A stretch of 64,000 nt of DNA from Bacteroidota bacterium (lineage in GTDB: Bacteria > Bacteroidota > Bacteroidia > NS11-12g > UBA955), in assembly GCA_016787485.1 (NCBI GenBank), contig JAEUUL010000038.1, positions 44,816 through 108,815 on the forward strand. Direction: 5' to 3'. Every line of letters starts with the position of its first letter. Within the stretch, counting starts at the first letter, position 1. Shown here piece after piece: positions 62,941 to 64,000 of the stretch. The notes below the pieces were generated by a model. That model saw only the letters and a program-made list of their open reading frames with translations, did no database searches and had not been told where the DNA came from. The translations under genes were made by a program, and so were the position numbers.

Positions 62941-63999
62941 TTAAACGTTGCGGCGGTACTGCCCACCCACCTGAAACAGGGCTTCGGTTACCTGTCCGAG
63001 TGTGCATACTTTACAGGCTTCCATCAGCAGTTCAAACACATTGTGGTTCTGTATTGCTGCTTCCTGTACCTTACGCAGTGCAGCCTGAGCCGCCTCTTTG
63101 TTTCCGGTATGCAGGTTGTGCACAGTGTTGATCTGAAATTCCTTTTCATCGGTGGTACTGCGAATGACTTCCTGCGGCTGTGTGGTAGGTGAACCTTTGC
63201 TGCTGAGGAATGTATTCACACCTATGATAGGCAATTCACCACTGTGTTTCATGGTTTCATAATAAAGACTTTCTTCCTGTATTTTTCCGCGCTGGTACAT
63301 GGTTTCCATGGCTCCCAGCACCCCGCCGCGTTCTGTAATGCGGTCAAATTCCGAAAGAACCGCCTCTTCCACAAGCCGGGTCAATTCTTCAATGATGAAA
63401 GAGCCCTGCAACGGATTTTCATTTTTAGCCAGTCCCAGTTCTCGGTTGATGATCAACTGAATAGCCATTGCACGGCGTACGCTTTCCTCGGTAGGTGTGG
63501 TTATGGCCTCATCATAGGCATTGGTATGCAGGCTGTTGCAGTTGTCGTAAATGGCATAGAGTGCCTGAAGTGTGGTACGGATATCGTTAAAATCAATTTC
63601 CTGCGCATGCAAACTGCGCCCGCTGGTCTGAATATGGTATTTCAGCATCTGGCTGCGGGCATTGCCACCATATTTCAGCTTCATGGCTTTTGCCCATATA
63701 CGGCGCGCAACCCTGCCTATCACAGCATACTCCGGATCGGTGCCATTGCTGAAGAAAAAGCTGAGGTTGGGCGCAAAATCATCGATATGCATACCCCGGC
63801 TGAGGTAATACTCTACAAACGTAAATCCGTTGGCCAGGGTAAAGGCGAGTTGGGAAATGGGGTTGGCACCTGCTTCTGCAATGTGGTATCCACTGATAGA
63901 GACACTATAGAAATTCCGTACCTTTTTGTCAATAAAATATTGCTGAACATCTCCCATAAGACGCAGGGCAAATTCGGTACTGAAAATGCAGGTGTTCTG
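62941..63999 (-). CDS. icmF: Methylmalonyl-CoA mutase family, fused IcmF-type C-terminal part (5'-truncated)
   Basis: [54 protein letters not shown]; frame is open to the window edge. Confidence 0.88.
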   Translation of the reverse strand, partial: QNTCIFSTEFALRLMGDVQQYFIDKKVRNFYSVSISGYHIAEAGANPISQLAFTLANGFTFVEYYLSRGMHIDDFAPNLSFFFSNGTDPEYAVIGRVARRIWAKAMKLKYGGNARSQMLKYHIQTSGRSLHAQEIDFNDIRTTLQALYAIYDNCNSLHTNAYDEAITTPTEESVRRAMAIQLIINRELGLAKNENPLQGSFIIEELTRLVEEAVLSEFDRITERGGVLGAMETMYQRGKIQEESLYYETMKHSGELPIIGVNTFLSSKGSPTTQPQEVIRSTTDEKEFQINTVHNLHTGNKEAAQAALRKVQEAAIQNHNVFELLMEACKVCTLGQVTEALFQVGGQYRRNV

Positions 64000-64000
64000 C

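Overview
Bacteroidota chromosomal segment, judged from TAnnTTTG promoters, T9SS C-terminal domains, the fur-purA and Fis-regulator-lptE-TPR-secG synteny, and a Bacteroidota-type ParC. It is mostly housekeeping genes (aspS, thiL, gpmI, gdh, purA, parC, hutU, tex, gluQ-like, partial icmF), one tRNA-Asn and several secreted accessory proteins. The main accessory element is a complete, AT-richer type II-C CRISPR-Cas locus at about 48.5-55.9 kb: tracrRNA, a compact ~1136-aa Cas9 with intact RuvC/HNH residues, cas1, cas2 and a 39-repeat/38-spacer array. Every 36-nt repeat carries a Bacteroidota -7 promoter element (TAAATTTG) on the crRNA strand. The tracrRNA appears to be transcribed with only a ~15-nt anti-repeat, which suggests largely processing-independent crRNA biogenesis. 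Two spacers are 28/30 identical with a seed-position change, and Cas2 ends in a beta-clamp-like motif. Other observations: many apparently leaderless genes, a probable GH13 pseudoenzyme, an antenna-bearing animal-like GDH, a tRNA 3'-end/terminator duplication, paired VPS10-type T9SS paralogs with strong SD sites, an uncharacterised giant beta-protein/FN3 locus and a DUF1800/DUF1501 pair. All family calls come from motif recognition by eye; no database search was run.
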